64,000 nt of DNA from Candidatus Cloacimonadales bacterium (GCA_963662585.1 OY759729.1:640001-704000), one strand, 5' to 3'. Positions 1 through 13,294 are shown, numbered from the stretch's first letter. The notes: a model not told the origin generated them from the letters alone. Numbers and translations: made by a program.

Positions 1-798
1 AGGATAGTCAAATTCTTCTAAGATAAGATAGTAACTATCAACATTATTATAGATTATTCTTAGTTTACTTCTATCGTTTTGAGGTGAATCTAATTCAACA
101 TTTTCACTCCACAGAATTTCCCCATTTGTATCAATCCGTCTAAGCGACATAAGAAGAGAAACTCCATCACTAGCAACAATTATAAGTCCACCATGACCAT
201 CAGAAGTAATTTGATTATTATATTCTATAAAACCTAGATCTAAGCCATTTTCAGTTTCGTTCCATTGGTTGACTCCATTACTATCTAAATTTTGAGCGAT
301 AGTGTCGTAGTCAACCCAAGTTACAATAGCTCCTCCTATTTCATTTGGGAATAGTACTATTCTATTTGGTTGAACGACTTGATAGTTATTTGATATAGTA
401 ATTCCACTTTCAGACCATAACTTATTACCTGAAGCATCAAGCTTTTGTGCCATGATACTTGTTTGAGAGCTATAAGTTAGCCAGATAATTACAACTCCAC
501 CATCATTTGTTGAGATTATTTTGGGGTAAGCTTGAATGTTGTTAGAATTATCAATTAAAAGAGCTTCATCTCCCCAGAGAGGGTTACCCTGATTATCATA
601 TTTCATTGCAAAGATATCATTGACGCCAATAGCATTTTCAGACCAGACATGAACTATTTCGTTATTTTCTGTTGTAACTGAAGCTTGCCCCCATTCCAAG
701 TCTCCCCCTTGTCTAATGGATAAAGTTTCATCCCACATAGTTTGGCAGAAAAGAAAATTAGTTATCAATAATAAAATGGCAAATACATAAAGCTTCAT
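1..798 (-). CDS. Secreted repeat (beta-propeller-like) protein, 5' part; continues beyond the window start
   Basis: Not in the ORF track because it has no stop inside the window. Manual translation from ATG at 798 gives MKLYVFAILLLITNFLFCQTMWDETLSIRQGGDLEW..., with repeated 'GG.IIW...AQ.LD..GN.LW' units, open to position 1. AAGGGG RBS upstream. Confidence 0.8.
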   Translation of the reverse strand, partial: MKLYVFAILLLITNFLFCQTMWDETLSIRQGGDLEWGQASVTTENNEIVHVWSENAIGVNDIFAMKYDNQGNPLWGDEALLIDNSNNIQAYPKIISTNDGGVVIIWLTYSSQTSIMAQKLDASGNKLWSESGITISNNYQVVQPNRIVLFPNEIGGAIVTWVDYDTIAQNLDSNGVNQWNETENGLDLGFIEYNNQITSDGHGGLIIVASDGVSLLMSLRRIDTNGEILWSENVELDSPQNDRSKLRIIYNNVDSYYLILEEFDYP

Positions 799-1078
799 AA
801 TTATCCCCTTTAAATAATTTTATTTAATAAGTATTGTAAAAGATATTTATGCAAATTATATTCCATTTATATTTATAGTTTTAGCAATAGTTAGAACTAT
901 AATTTCGATTACTAATTAAGCTTTTTTTGGTAAAAACACTGAGGATATTCTTATTTTAGGATAGTATACATTTTTTTAAAATAAAGATATATACTCTATC
1001 TATACAACCTAAACAAGCCTCTATGATAAATAGTATGTTTTTTTAATCACCATTCAGCTCTGGAAGAGTGTCTGAGTT

Positions 1079-1211
1079 GAGGCTTCATGAATTAGGCCTA
1101 CACAAGGTGTAGATCATGCATAGCTATAGCGAAGTATGATGTACTGCATTCCCAGACTGGGAGAGTTCTTATATCTGGGGTAATGGACAAAATGTCCGCT
1201 ACTCCAGATAT
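1079..1211. repeat. Cluster of GC-rich REP-like palindromes
   Basis: GTAGGCCTAATTCATGAAGCCTC (minus, 1079-1101); CTACAC-AAG-GTGTAG; TCCCAG-A-CTGGGA; ATATCTGGGGTAATGGACA-AAA-TGTCCGCTACTCCAGATAT (1171-1211, 16/19 Watson-Crick pairs). Confidence 0.6.
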
Positions 1212-1223
1212 CAAACATAATTA

Positions 1224-1252
1224 TTGACAAATAATATTAAAGTTGAGAAAAT
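1224..1252 (+). promoter_or_regulatory. Putative sigma70-type promoter of the ligA operon
   Basis: TTGACA, 17 nt spacer, then GAAAAT preceded by TGn; 27 nt before the ligA ATG. Confidence 0.45.
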
Positions 1253-1273
1253 GAAAAAAAATATAAGGTTTAG

Positions 1274-4724
<3,451 letters not shown>

Positions 4725-4728
<4 letters not shown>

Positions 4729-5813
4729 GAACTTTAGATAAATACTTAATTAAAGAATTTTTAAAAACATTTGTAGTAATGTTCTTAGCTTCCTCTATTC
4801 TCTTTATAGTTATTGATATTATTGATCAGCTTTCTAAAATGTTAAAATATGGGGCAAGTCTTAATCAAGCAGCATTCTATTATGTGCTTAGACTCCCCTA
4901 TTTGCTGACTCTAACATCGCCTGTCATTATGCTTCTTACTGGACTCTTTTTAATGAATAATCTGGCAAAATACAATGAATCAATTGCTATTAGAGCTGCA
5001 GGTATTAGTATCAAAAGAATGCTATTGCCTCTAATCTTTATTGGCCTATTTGTCAGTATTGTTATCGGTTGGTTTGGAGATGTAGTGCTCCCTAAAGCAG
5101 AAGAGAGAAGGCAAATACTCTACCAAGTTGAGATAAAAAAGGGTGATTTGAAAGATAAAATGTTAAGAACTAAAATCTTCTTTAAAGAAGGAGATGATAC
5201 CCATAATTTTGTGGCCTTCTTCAATGGTCACTCTGAAGAGATGAAGGTTATTGACAAGACTATTGTTGCACCTGACTTTTCTTCTATCTTGTATAGAAGT
5301 GAGGCTTCTGCAGCTACCTGGGACACTGATGAATGGAATTATAAGCAACTTTATCAGAGAGAATTTGATAATGGGACTCTCACAAACTATAAATATGACA
5401 AAGAGTACAAAGGTAAAGTAATGACAGTTACTCCCTTAGAGTTTATCAGATCAGGTAAACCTACTTTATCAATGAATTACAGTGAATTAAGTGCCTATAT
5501 AGAAAGATTAAAAAAACTCAATGACAACTATTCCAAGGAGTTAGTTGATTTATATATGAAGATTTCCTTTCCTTTAGCCAATCTGATAATCCTCTTCTTC
5601 TCCTTCCCTATTGTTTCAAGCTCAACGAGAAGTAAAAATCGAGGTTATATCTTTATGATGGGACTAATGGTCTGTTTTATCTTCTTAATTACTTTAGAGA
5701 TTTCTAGAAGTTTGGGTTATAGTGAAGTTCTATCTCCTCTTGTGGCTGCCTGGGCTCCTAATATAATTTTCTCTTTAGTAGGACTTTACTTCTTATACAA
5801 AGCTGAGGTGTAA
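4725..5813 (+). CDS. lptG: LPS export ABC transporter permease, LptF/LptG family
   Basis: 'LDKYLIKEFL', 'NESIAIRAAGIS' and 'AAWAPN' motifs; ATGA overlap with lptF. Confidence 0.85.
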
Positions 5814-6965
5814 ATGAGAATAATTGTAAAAAAATTTGGTGGTACTTCTGTTGGTAGTATTGAACAAATCCGTAATATTGCTAGAAGATTGCATCAAGAG
5901 ATGGAGAGTGATTGCCGTTATGTAATCGTTGTTTCAGCTATGGGCCATACAACTGATGAAATGACCGATATGGCTTATCAACTAAGTAAAAAGCCTTGCA
6001 AGAGAGAGTTAGATATGTTACTCACTGCTGGAGAGAGAATTTCTATGTCTCTTTTATCTATTGCCTTGCAAGAATTTGGGATTATCTCAATATCTTTTAC
6101 TGGTTCTCAGTCTGGTATAATTACTGATTCTAATCATGGAAACGCTCGAATAATAGATGTTACTGCTTTTAGAATCAGGGAAGAATTAGTTAAGCATAAA
6201 GTTGTTATTGTAGCAGGTTTTCAAGGTGTAAGTAGGGAGAAAGAAGTAACTACACTTGGTAGAGGTGGTTCAGACACTTCTGCTGTGGCACTTGCTGCCT
6301 ATCTTAATGCTGAGAAGTGTGAGATTTTTACTGATGTCGATGGCATTTATAGTGCTGATCCCCGCATCATAAAAGAGTTTGTCAAATTAGATGAGATTAG
6401 CTATGATACAGTTTTAGAAATGGCTTATGGTGGGGCAAAAGTTATCCACCCTAGAGCTGTAGAGTTTGCCAAAAAATACGATATACCTTTAGAAGTTAAA
6501 TCTTCTTTTACCTTTAATACTGGAACTTTTATTATCAAGGAAACACTTACTATGGAAGAAAAAAAGATTACCTCTTTAGCCCAAAAAACTGGACTACACA
6601 GATTTATTGTAGAAGCAGATTCACTCCAGCTTTTACAGGCACTTAATAACGCCAATATTGATATCTATGATTTTACTATTAATGGCAATAATACTATTAT
6701 TATCGAAAAAGAGTATTATGAAGATACACTAGCCTCTTTAAAATCCTACCACATTCTTGAAGAGTGTGAGGTGCAGTCAATATCAATAATCGGACATAGG
6801 ATTATTAATGATATTGGCTTTTTAATGGCTTTAATCAAAGAAGTGAAATCCTTAGATACAGAAATTAAAGATATAAAGAAAAATGCAGTGGGAATCAACC
6901 TTATAGTTTCCACTAAGAATATAGATCAATTGCTAAATAAATTACATAAAAATTATATAAATTAA
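5814..6965 (+). CDS. lysC: Aspartate kinase
   Basis: KFGGTSV, VVSAMG, TTLGRGGSDTSA and DVDGIYSADPR motifs. Confidence 0.95.
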   Translation: MRIIVKKFGGTSVGSIEQIRNIARRLHQEMESDCRYVIVVSAMGHTTDEMTDMAYQLSKKPCKRELDMLLTAGERISMSLLSIALQEFGIISISFTGSQSGIITDSNHGNARIIDVTAFRIREELVKHKVVIVAGFQGVSREKEVTTLGRGGSDTSAVALAAYLNAEKCEIFTDVDGIYSADPRIIKEFVKLDEISYDTVLEMAYGGAKVIHPRAVEFAKKYDIPLEVKSSFTFNTGTFIIKETLTMEEKKITSLAQKTGLHRFIVEADSLQLLQALNNANIDIYDFTINGNNTIIIEKEYYEDTLASLKSYHILEECEVQSISIIGHRIINDIGFLMALIKEVKSLDTEIKDIKKNAVGINLIVSTKNIDQLLNKLHKNYIN

Positions 6966-6981
6966 TGGAGAAAATTATTAC

Positions 6982-9012
6982 ATGAGTAAATATATAGTAA
7001 CTAGTGCCTTACCCTATGCAAATGGTAAATTGCACATTGGCCATGTAGCAGGAGCTTACCTACCTGCTGATATTTTCGTACGCTACTTAAGATTAAAAGA
7101 AGAAGATGTTATCTATATCTGTGGAACAGATGAACATGGAGCACCTATCTCTATCAAAGCTGAAAAAGAAGGTGTTTCTCCTCAAGATATAGTTAGTAGA
7201 TACCATAAATCAATTAAAGATAGTTTTGATGGACTTCATATTGATTTTGATAACTTCTCAGGTACTTCTCGTAAGCCACATTATGAGCTTTCACAACAAT
7301 TCTTTAGTGAATTACTTGCTAATGGATATATCAATAGCAAAATTACTCAGCAATTTTATGATGAGCAAGAATCTCGTTTTCTACCAGATAGATATGTTGA
7401 AGGTACTTGCCCTCATTGTGGAGCTGATGGTGCCAGAGGAGATCAATGCGATGCTTGTGGTAAGCTCATAGACTCTATCACTCTTATCAACCCCATTAGC
7501 AAAGTATCTGGTTCTACTCCAGTAATTAAAGATACCGAGCAGTGGTATTTAGATTTACCTAAATTCACCAATCAGCTAAAAGAGTGGTTAGATACTAAAA
7601 GCTATTGGAAAGAAAATGTTCGCAACTTTATTCTTAGCTGGCTAAATGAAGGACTAATTGAAAGAGCAATTACCCGCGATATTAATTGGGGGGTTCCTGT
7701 TCCTTTAGAAGAAGCTGCAGGAAAAGTACTTTATGTCTGGTTTGATGCTCCTATCGGCTATATTTCTTCTACTGTGGAATGGGCAGAAAAACAAGGAAAA
7801 CCTGAGTTATGGAAAGATTATTGGTTAGACCAAAATACTAAACTTATTCACTTTATCGGTAAAGATAACATTCCTTTCCACACAATCATGTGGCCATCTT
7901 TTGTAATGGGACAGAATGAGAACTTTGTTCTACCTCATGATGTTCCAGCTAATGAATACTTAAATTTAGAGGGAGAAAAAATCTCGACAAGCCGTAATTG
8001 GGCAATCTGGGTTGATGAATTTCTTAAATACTTCGATGGTGAATATCTTCGCTATGTCCTTGCGGTAAATGCTCCAGAAAAACAAGATAATGATTTCTTA
8101 TGGAAAGACTTCCAAAATAAAATCAATACTGAATTAAATAATGTACTTGGTAATCTAGGAAATAGAGTCTTTACTTTCGCTAAAAAACACTTTGATGGAT
8201 TAGTAGAAAAACCTGCTAAATTAAGCGAAAACTCCCAAGCTACTTTGGAACAAGTTGCTCAACTTACTCAAGAGATTGATAACTGCTACCAAAACTATCA
8301 AGTTCGTAAGACTGTTAAAACTATTATGGATATTGCTAGACTGGGTAACAGATACTTTGATGAAAGAGAACCTTGGAAAGCTATCAAAGTTGATAAGGAT
8401 TCTGTGCAAGAAACAATCTATACATGTTGCGAAATCTTGAGAATTATCTCAGTGGTTATGACTCCTATCCTGCCTAATTTCATGCTTCAACTTAGAAATA
8501 TTATGGGATTAAAAGACAAAGCACTCTGGCAAGAGATAAACTCTTCTCCTTATCCAATAAAATTAGATAATATCAAACAAATATTCCATAAAGTCGAAGA
8601 TGCTCAGATCGAAGAGCAAATAAAGCTTCTTCAAGAAAACGCTAAAGCTAATCAAGAAGAGGAAAAGCCAAAGTTTAAAGAAATAAAAGCTGAAATAGAA
8701 TTTGATGATTTTATGAAGTTAGATATTAGAATTGCCAAAATCCTAACTGCTGAAAAAGTTAAGAAAACTGACAAACTACTCCAAATTACTGCTGATATCG
8801 GTGGTAAAGAGATAGAGCTTATTGCTGGTCTAGCTAAAGCTTATTCACCAGAAGAAATAGTTGGTAAAAAAGTAGTTATGCTTCTTAACCTTAAACCACG
8901 CAAGATTAAAGGCGTACTCTCTCAAGGTATGATTCTTGCAGCAGATGATGGAGAAAATCTCTCTGTGCTAACTGCTGATAAAGATGTAAAAACTGGAGCA
9001 GAGATAGGATAA
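6982..9012 (+). CDS. metG: Methionine--tRNA ligase with C-terminal tRNA-binding domain
   Basis: PYANG..HIGH, zinc knuckle, KISTS and a C-terminal OB fold (SQGMILAA). Confidence 0.98.
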   Translation: MSKYIVTSALPYANGKLHIGHVAGAYLPADIFVRYLRLKEEDVIYICGTDEHGAPISIKAEKEGVSPQDIVSRYHKSIKDSFDGLHIDFDNFSGTSRKPHYELSQQFFSELLANGYINSKITQQFYDEQESRFLPDRYVEGTCPHCGADGARGDQCDACGKLIDSITLINPISKVSGSTPVIKDTEQWYLDLPKFTNQLKEWLDTKSYWKENVRNFILSWLNEGLIERAITRDINWGVPVPLEEAAGKVLYVWFDAPIGYISSTVEWAEKQGKPELWKDYWLDQNTKLIHFIGKDNIPFHTIMWPSFVMGQNENFVLPHDVPANEYLNLEGEKISTSRNWAIWVDEFLKYFDGEYLRYVLAVNAPEKQDNDFLWKDFQNKINTELNNVLGNLGNRVFTFAKKHFDGLVEKPAKLSENSQATLEQVAQLTQEIDNCYQNYQVRKTVKTIMDIARLGNRYFDEREPWKAIKVDKDSVQETIYTCCEILRIISVVMTPILPNFMLQLRNIMGLKDKALWQEINSSPYPIKLDNIKQIFHKVEDAQIEEQIKLLQENAKANQEEEKPKFKEIKAEIEFDDFMKLDIRIAKILTAEKVKKTDKLLQITADIGGKEIELIAGLAKAYSPEEIVGKKVVMLLNLKPRKIKGVLSQGMILAADDGENLSVLTADKDVKTGAEIG

Positions 9013-9016
9013 CTTG

Positions 9017-9266
9017 ATTGAGAATTGAGAATTTTAAGAAAATTTTCACACGAATTAACGCGAATGTAGGGGCGTATTGCCATACGCCTTCTTGAATTTT
9101 CACGAATTAAGAAAGTGCCCTTAACACAGAGTTAAGATGAGTTGTAAGAGGAGTTTCACAGAGTTTTAAGAATGTGACCAGACTTCTTCTGTCGGAAGGT
9201 GGACAACCTGTCCGCCCTAACTGGGAATGCGGGTATCTTGCCCGCGACCAGCAATTAATGCTGGTC
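9017..9266. repeat. Mosaic of different short palindromes and direct repeats (REP-like)
   Basis: ATTGAGA x2; CACGAATTAA x2 (9049, 9101); GTAG-GGGCGTAT-TGCC-ATACGCC (9066); CACAGAGTT x2 (9125, 9157); GGTGGACA-ACC-TGTCCGCC (9198); GCGGGTA-TCT-TGCCCGC (9229); GACCAGCA-ATTAA-TGCTGGTC (9246). Confidence 0.7.
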
Positions 9267-9276
9267 TTGAAAGCTT

Positions 9277-9450
9277 TTCCCCTCTGAGAGGGAGACACAG
9301 GGGGGTATTTCTTCTTAAAAGCGAATGAATATTCGCCCCTACAAATCCCCCTCCGTGAGGGGGACACAGGGGGTGTTTCTTTTTTAAAAGCGAATGAATA
9401 TTCACCCCTACAAATCCCCCTCCGTGAGGGGGACACAGGGGGTGTTTTCT
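9277..9450. repeat. 69-bp tandem repeat (~2.5 copies) built from two hairpins
   Basis: Units start at 9277, 9346 and 9415. Each has a TCCCCCTC-CGT-GAGGGGGA-type hairpin; the two full units also have GCGAAT-GAAT-ATTC(G/A)CCCCTAC, a GTAG-REP on the minus strand. Confidence 0.85.
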
Positions 9451-9494
9451 GATAGAATGTGTTAAATGTATTTATAAACAGAAAGAGGCTTATA

Positions 9495-10748
9495 ATGACA
9501 AAGAAAATCTACTTTTCCTTAGTTTTACTCTACTTATCTTCACTATTATCAGCGTATATGACAATAGATAACGAAGTTTTTCTAAAAGTTCTAGTTAAAT
9601 TGGACAATACTATCACCTTGAATACAGATGGATTATTATTCATTAATGGACACGAGTATCAGAGTAAAAAGATAAAAATTCATTCTCTTTCTAAAGGACA
9701 AGTTAAAATCTCATTAGATAAGCAGTCTTTTTCTGATGAAGCTCATAAATTTGAGATTTCTCTAACAGGGAATTATTATGTTCTAGGCTCTAAAGAACAG
9801 CAATTCTCTGGAGATATTCACTTGAGAGAACACAAGGGGAAAATCGCAGTAATGAGTTTAATGAATTTAGAATCATATACCCGATTCGTTGTTGTTAGTG
9901 AAATAGGCTCTGGTGCACCTGCAGAAGCACTTAAATCCCAAGCAGTTATTGCCAGGACTTACGCCATATATATGTCGATGAAAAATAGCAATTATCCCTG
10001 GGATTTAAGAGCTGATACATATTCACAGGTTTTTAATACTAAGAAAAAGGTTCCTCAGAATGTTATTGATGCCACCAATGCTACTGCTTATATGTTAGTT
10101 ACTTACCAAGAAGAAGTCGCCTTTACACCTTTTAACAGTTATGGAGCTGGTTATCTAGCTGATGTTAAAGATGTTTGGGGAGCTAGCAATTTCCCTTATT
10201 TAAGTAATAAATCAGATGTTGATTATCTTAACAGAAAGCAAATGAGCAATTACTCTGTAGTTGAAGATTGGATAAGAAAAGATCCTGCTAAAGTTTATAA
10301 ATACTATGACAAATTACCTAACTGGATAAAAGACAGCTATCAATGGAAGCGAAGAATTTCCCTTAGTCAAGTAGCGAGTAAAGGTAAGTTTTCTAAAGTA
10401 TATTCTGCCAAAGTTGAGGCAAGAGATAAGTCAGGAAGAATTAGTAAAATTTCTTTTAGTACAGCTTCAGGAAAAGAAAATGTCACATCTCAGGATAGAA
10501 TAAGAGCTATTTTAGGAGGTATTCCCTCTACTTTAGCAATCATTAAAGTTAGTGGAAATGAATTAATTATCGAAGGTAAGGGATACGGTCATGGAGTTGG
10601 TTTTTGTCAGTCAGGAGGATATTTAAAATCCTACGCTGGTTGGGATTATACAAGAATAATCAAACACTACTACCCTGGATGTGAGATTACAAGTAATTAC
10701 TTTTTTGATGATTTAGAAGAGGATGGGTTAGAATCCTTATTTAATTAA
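9495..10748 (+). CDS. SpoIID/LytB domain protein (lytic transglycosylase-like), exported
   Basis: 'LESY...VV.SEI...EALKSQAVIARTYA' and 'GKGYGHGVGFCQSG' motifs. Start moved to ATG 9495, which has a GAGG RBS and gives a signal peptide. Confidence 0.9.
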   Translation: MTKKIYFSLVLLYLSSLLSAYMTIDNEVFLKVLVKLDNTITLNTDGLLFINGHEYQSKKIKIHSLSKGQVKISLDKQSFSDEAHKFEISLTGNYYVLGSKEQQFSGDIHLREHKGKIAVMSLMNLESYTRFVVVSEIGSGAPAEALKSQAVIARTYAIYMSMKNSNYPWDLRADTYSQVFNTKKKVPQNVIDATNATAYMLVTYQEEVAFTPFNSYGAGYLADVKDVWGASNFPYLSNKSDVDYLNRKQMSNYSVVEDWIRKDPAKVYKYYDKLPNWIKDSYQWKRRISLSQVASKGKFSKVYSAKVEARDKSGRISKISFSTASGKENVTSQDRIRAILGGIPSTLAIIKVSGNELIIEGKGYGHGVGFCQSGGYLKSYAGWDYTRIIKHYYPGCEITSNYFFDDLEEDGLESLFN

Positions 10749-10864
10749 GGAATATTTTTGTCAGGGATAAGAGCGAAAACCTCTTCTGTCATAAGGTAAG
10801 TCCATATTTACCATAATCTTTGACACTCTTTTAAGTAAAGTGGGTATTAGAAAAAAAGTAATAT

Positions 10865-10979
10865 GGCAAGGGACTTCGGGCGAAAAAAAGTGTCGGAAGT
10901 CGCTACTCCGTGAGCAACTCCCGTCAAAATAGTTGGAGACCGGAGTTCCTCAGCCGTAGGCAAGGGACTTCGGACGAAA
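10865..10979. repeat. REP-like palindromes with a 21-bp direct repeat between convergent genes
   Basis: GGCAAGGGACTTCGGRCGAAA at 10865 and 10959 (20/21 identical); TGAGCAACTCCCGTC...GACCGGAGTTCCTCA hairpin; minus-strand GGAGTAGCG shared with the element near 1200. Confidence 0.6.
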
Positions 10980-10997
10980 GTGAGGAGCAATATCTTA

Positions 10998-12083
10998 TTA
11001 AAAATAATAAACCAAGAGCACATCATTATCTATAAGCTCTGTAGAATAAAGAGTAAGCTCTTTCTTGGCAGTAATATCAGCAACCCCAATATCTTTAAAA
11101 GAACTATTATTACCTCCGATTAAAGAGGGAGCAATAAAATAGTAGAGTTTATCGACTAATCCTTCTTTGACAAATGAAGAGACTAAGCGAGGACCTGCCT
11201 CAACCATCACAAGGGAGATATATTCTTCTTTGAGCTCTTTAAGAATATTCTTGAGAATAAAAATATTCCCAACACTTTCTGAACTTCTAATTTGAATATT
11301 ATATTCTCTTAATCTATCAGCTTTTTCTTTCTTTAAATTATGTGAAGCAGTATAGATGATAGTTTTAATTCCCTGAGAAGATTGAACTAATTTAGTATCT
11401 AGTCTTATCTCTAGATCATAATCTAAGACTATTCTAAGAGGATTTTTACCAGAATAGCCTTCAAGCCGGACATTGAACATGGCATCATCTTTGTTCACAG
11501 TAGTAACTCCAGTGATAATAGCATCAGCTTCAGCTCTTAATTCATGTACTCTTCGGCGAGATTTAGGATTAGTTATCCATTTAGAATTACCAGAATCATC
11601 GGCTATTTTACCATCGATGGAGACTGCACTTTTGATAAAAACAAAGGGTCTATCTTCTTGGATATAAGTTAGAAAATACTCTAATTGATGTCTTATTTCG
11701 GTAGTCATAAGATTATATTTAACTTCAATCCCTGCAGTTTCTAACATAGTAATTCCTTTGCCTGAGACTTGAGGATTGGGGTCTTTAATACCTATAAAAA
11801 CTCTCTTTACTCCAGCTTCTTTGATTGCTAAAGCACAAGGTGGAGTTTTACCATAATGAGAACAAGGCTCTAAGGTAACATAGAGGTCAGCTCCCTTGGC
11901 TAAGTTTCCTGCTTTCTTTAAAGCTTGAACCTCGGCATGATCCTGTCCCCAAGGCTGAGTAAAGCCTTCTCCAACAATTAGACCATCTTTTACGATAACA
12001 CAACCAACAAAAGGATTTGGAGAAGATTTTCCGCGTGCATTCTCAGCAATTTGAATAGCTCGTTTAAGATAAGAAAGATCCAT
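10998..12083 (-). CDS. ribD: Riboflavin biosynthesis deaminase/reductase
   Basis: PNPFVG, HAE, TLEPCSHYGKTPPC, S.DGKIA and SKWIT motifs. Confidence 0.97.
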   Translation of the reverse strand: MDLSYLKRAIQIAENARGKSSPNPFVGCVIVKDGLIVGEGFTQPWGQDHAEVQALKKAGNLAKGADLYVTLEPCSHYGKTPPCALAIKEAGVKRVFIGIKDPNPQVSGKGITMLETAGIEVKYNLMTTEIRHQLEYFLTYIQEDRPFVFIKSAVSIDGKIADDSGNSKWITNPKSRRRVHELRAEADAIITGVTTVNKDDAMFNVRLEGYSGKNPLRIVLDYDLEIRLDTKLVQSSQGIKTIIYTASHNLKKEKADRLREYNIQIRSSESVGNIFILKNILKELKEEYISLVMVEAGPRLVSSFVKEGLVDKLYYFIAPSLIGGNNSSFKDIGVADITAKKELTLYSTELIDNDVLLVYYF

Positions 12084-13294
12084 TAGACCTCCTTTCCATC
12101 CTCTTTAAGTTGTCTTTTCACGATATCATAATTCTTTTGAGCAATATCATAGTCAGGATTAAGCTTTATACACTTTTCTAAATATTCTAAGGCTTGTTTC
12201 CACTCTTGCTTTTCAATATGTAAAATTGCTAAATTATTAATAGATTTAACTTCATTAGGATTAATTTCTAAGACTCTATGATAAATTTCCCTTGCTTGAT
12301 CATTCTTCTTTTCAACTTGATAAATAAAACCAATGTTATAAAGAGGTTCAGCAAATGTCGGATCTAGAATATAAGAGATTTCAAAGTGTTTTTTTGCTTC
12401 TTTGATGTTTTCACTGATTGAGTGAAATAAACCCCAGTAGTATTCAATATCTGAAGAATCTGGATAAATCATACTATAACGGTAACATAGTTCAAAAACC
12501 TCTTCCATTTCATTTTTACTAAACATTGTAGCAATATGTTTAATAGCTGTATCTTCTCCGTAAAATAATTGAGGATCACCTATAATTCTGCTTTTAAGCT
12601 TCCACTCCTCCCCTACCTGAATAACATTTAGAGTGATATCTGCTTTTTTATTTATATCAAAGTGAATCAATGCTTCTTTATTTTCTTTGTTCAAAGATGA
12701 ACTCACCAAAGAGAATTGTTTGATCTTTTTGAAGAAAGTAAATTTTTTATTTCTTTTAAGGAAGAGATTCTTATTTTCTTCTGATTGAAGTTGCTCTTGA
12801 TGATAGTAATGTTTAAGGAAAGTATCCCAGTCTTGATCTAGTAAAATATTCATTATATTAACAGCAAAGCTTTCAAAACTATTTATAGTTGGTAACTCTA
12901 CTTTAGGTAATTTGAGCTTCTGTCTCATTTTATTTAAAGGTAGAGTATCTAAAAATCTTATCTTAGAAAAATACTCTTCTAAAGCAACTCTTCCCTCTTC
13001 TGTCAAAGATAATTCTAGCGGAGATAAATCTCCAATTTCAGGATGTATTTTCATAGTCCAGATATCAAAAAGTCTAAGCACTAAGTCGTTAGCTTCTTCT
13101 ATTGAATCACTCTTAATATTAAACTCAAGACTTTGTGTTGGTGGAAGAAAATACGCACAGGCAGAAGGACAAGTCATATCAAAACGCATACTATTACAGC
13201 ATTGCCAACCAATCATCTTTCCTGTTCTAGGACATTCTCTTACAGCTTTCTCTTCCTTACAAACTTTGCACCTATTCTTGCTAAATAAACTCAA
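12083..13294 (-). CDS. TPR-repeat protein with N-terminal Cys-rich domain
   Basis: C-terminal TPR-like repeats (LYNIG..Y, INNLA); N-terminal CxxC..C..CC..CxxxC. Confidence 0.75.
   Translation of the reverse strand: MSLFSKNRCKVCKEEKAVRECPRTGKMIGWQCCNSMRFDMTCPSACAYFLPPTQSLEFNIKSDSIEEANDLVLRLFDIWTMKIHPEIGDLSPLELSLTEEGRVALEEYFSKIRFLDTLPLNKMRQKLKLPKVELPTINSFESFAVNIMNILLDQDWDTFLKHYYHQEQLQSEENKNLFLKRNKKFTFFKKIKQFSLVSSSLNKENKEALIHFDINKKADITLNVIQVGEEWKLKSRIIGDPQLFYGEDTAIKHIATMFSKNEMEEVFELCYRYSMIYPDSSDIEYYWGLFHSISENIKEAKKHFEISYILDPTFAEPLYNIGFIYQVEKKNDQAREIYHRVLEINPNEVKSINNLAILHIEKQEWKQALEYLEKCIKLNPDYDIAQKNYDIVKRQLKEDGKEV

Noticed and set aside
9107..9436. ORFs 9107-9436 and 9217-9405 on the minus strand
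   Set aside because: They are translations of the GC-rich tandem repeat (repeated peptide), with no recognisable domain.
9277..9450. Possible CRISPR array
   Set aside because: The whole 69-bp unit repeats, there are no unique spacers, and no cas genes are in the window.
10911..10980. Hammerhead ribozyme (CTGAGGA on minus, GGACGAAA on plus)
   Set aside because: The two core motifs are on opposite strands, and no GAAA follows the stem on the minus strand.
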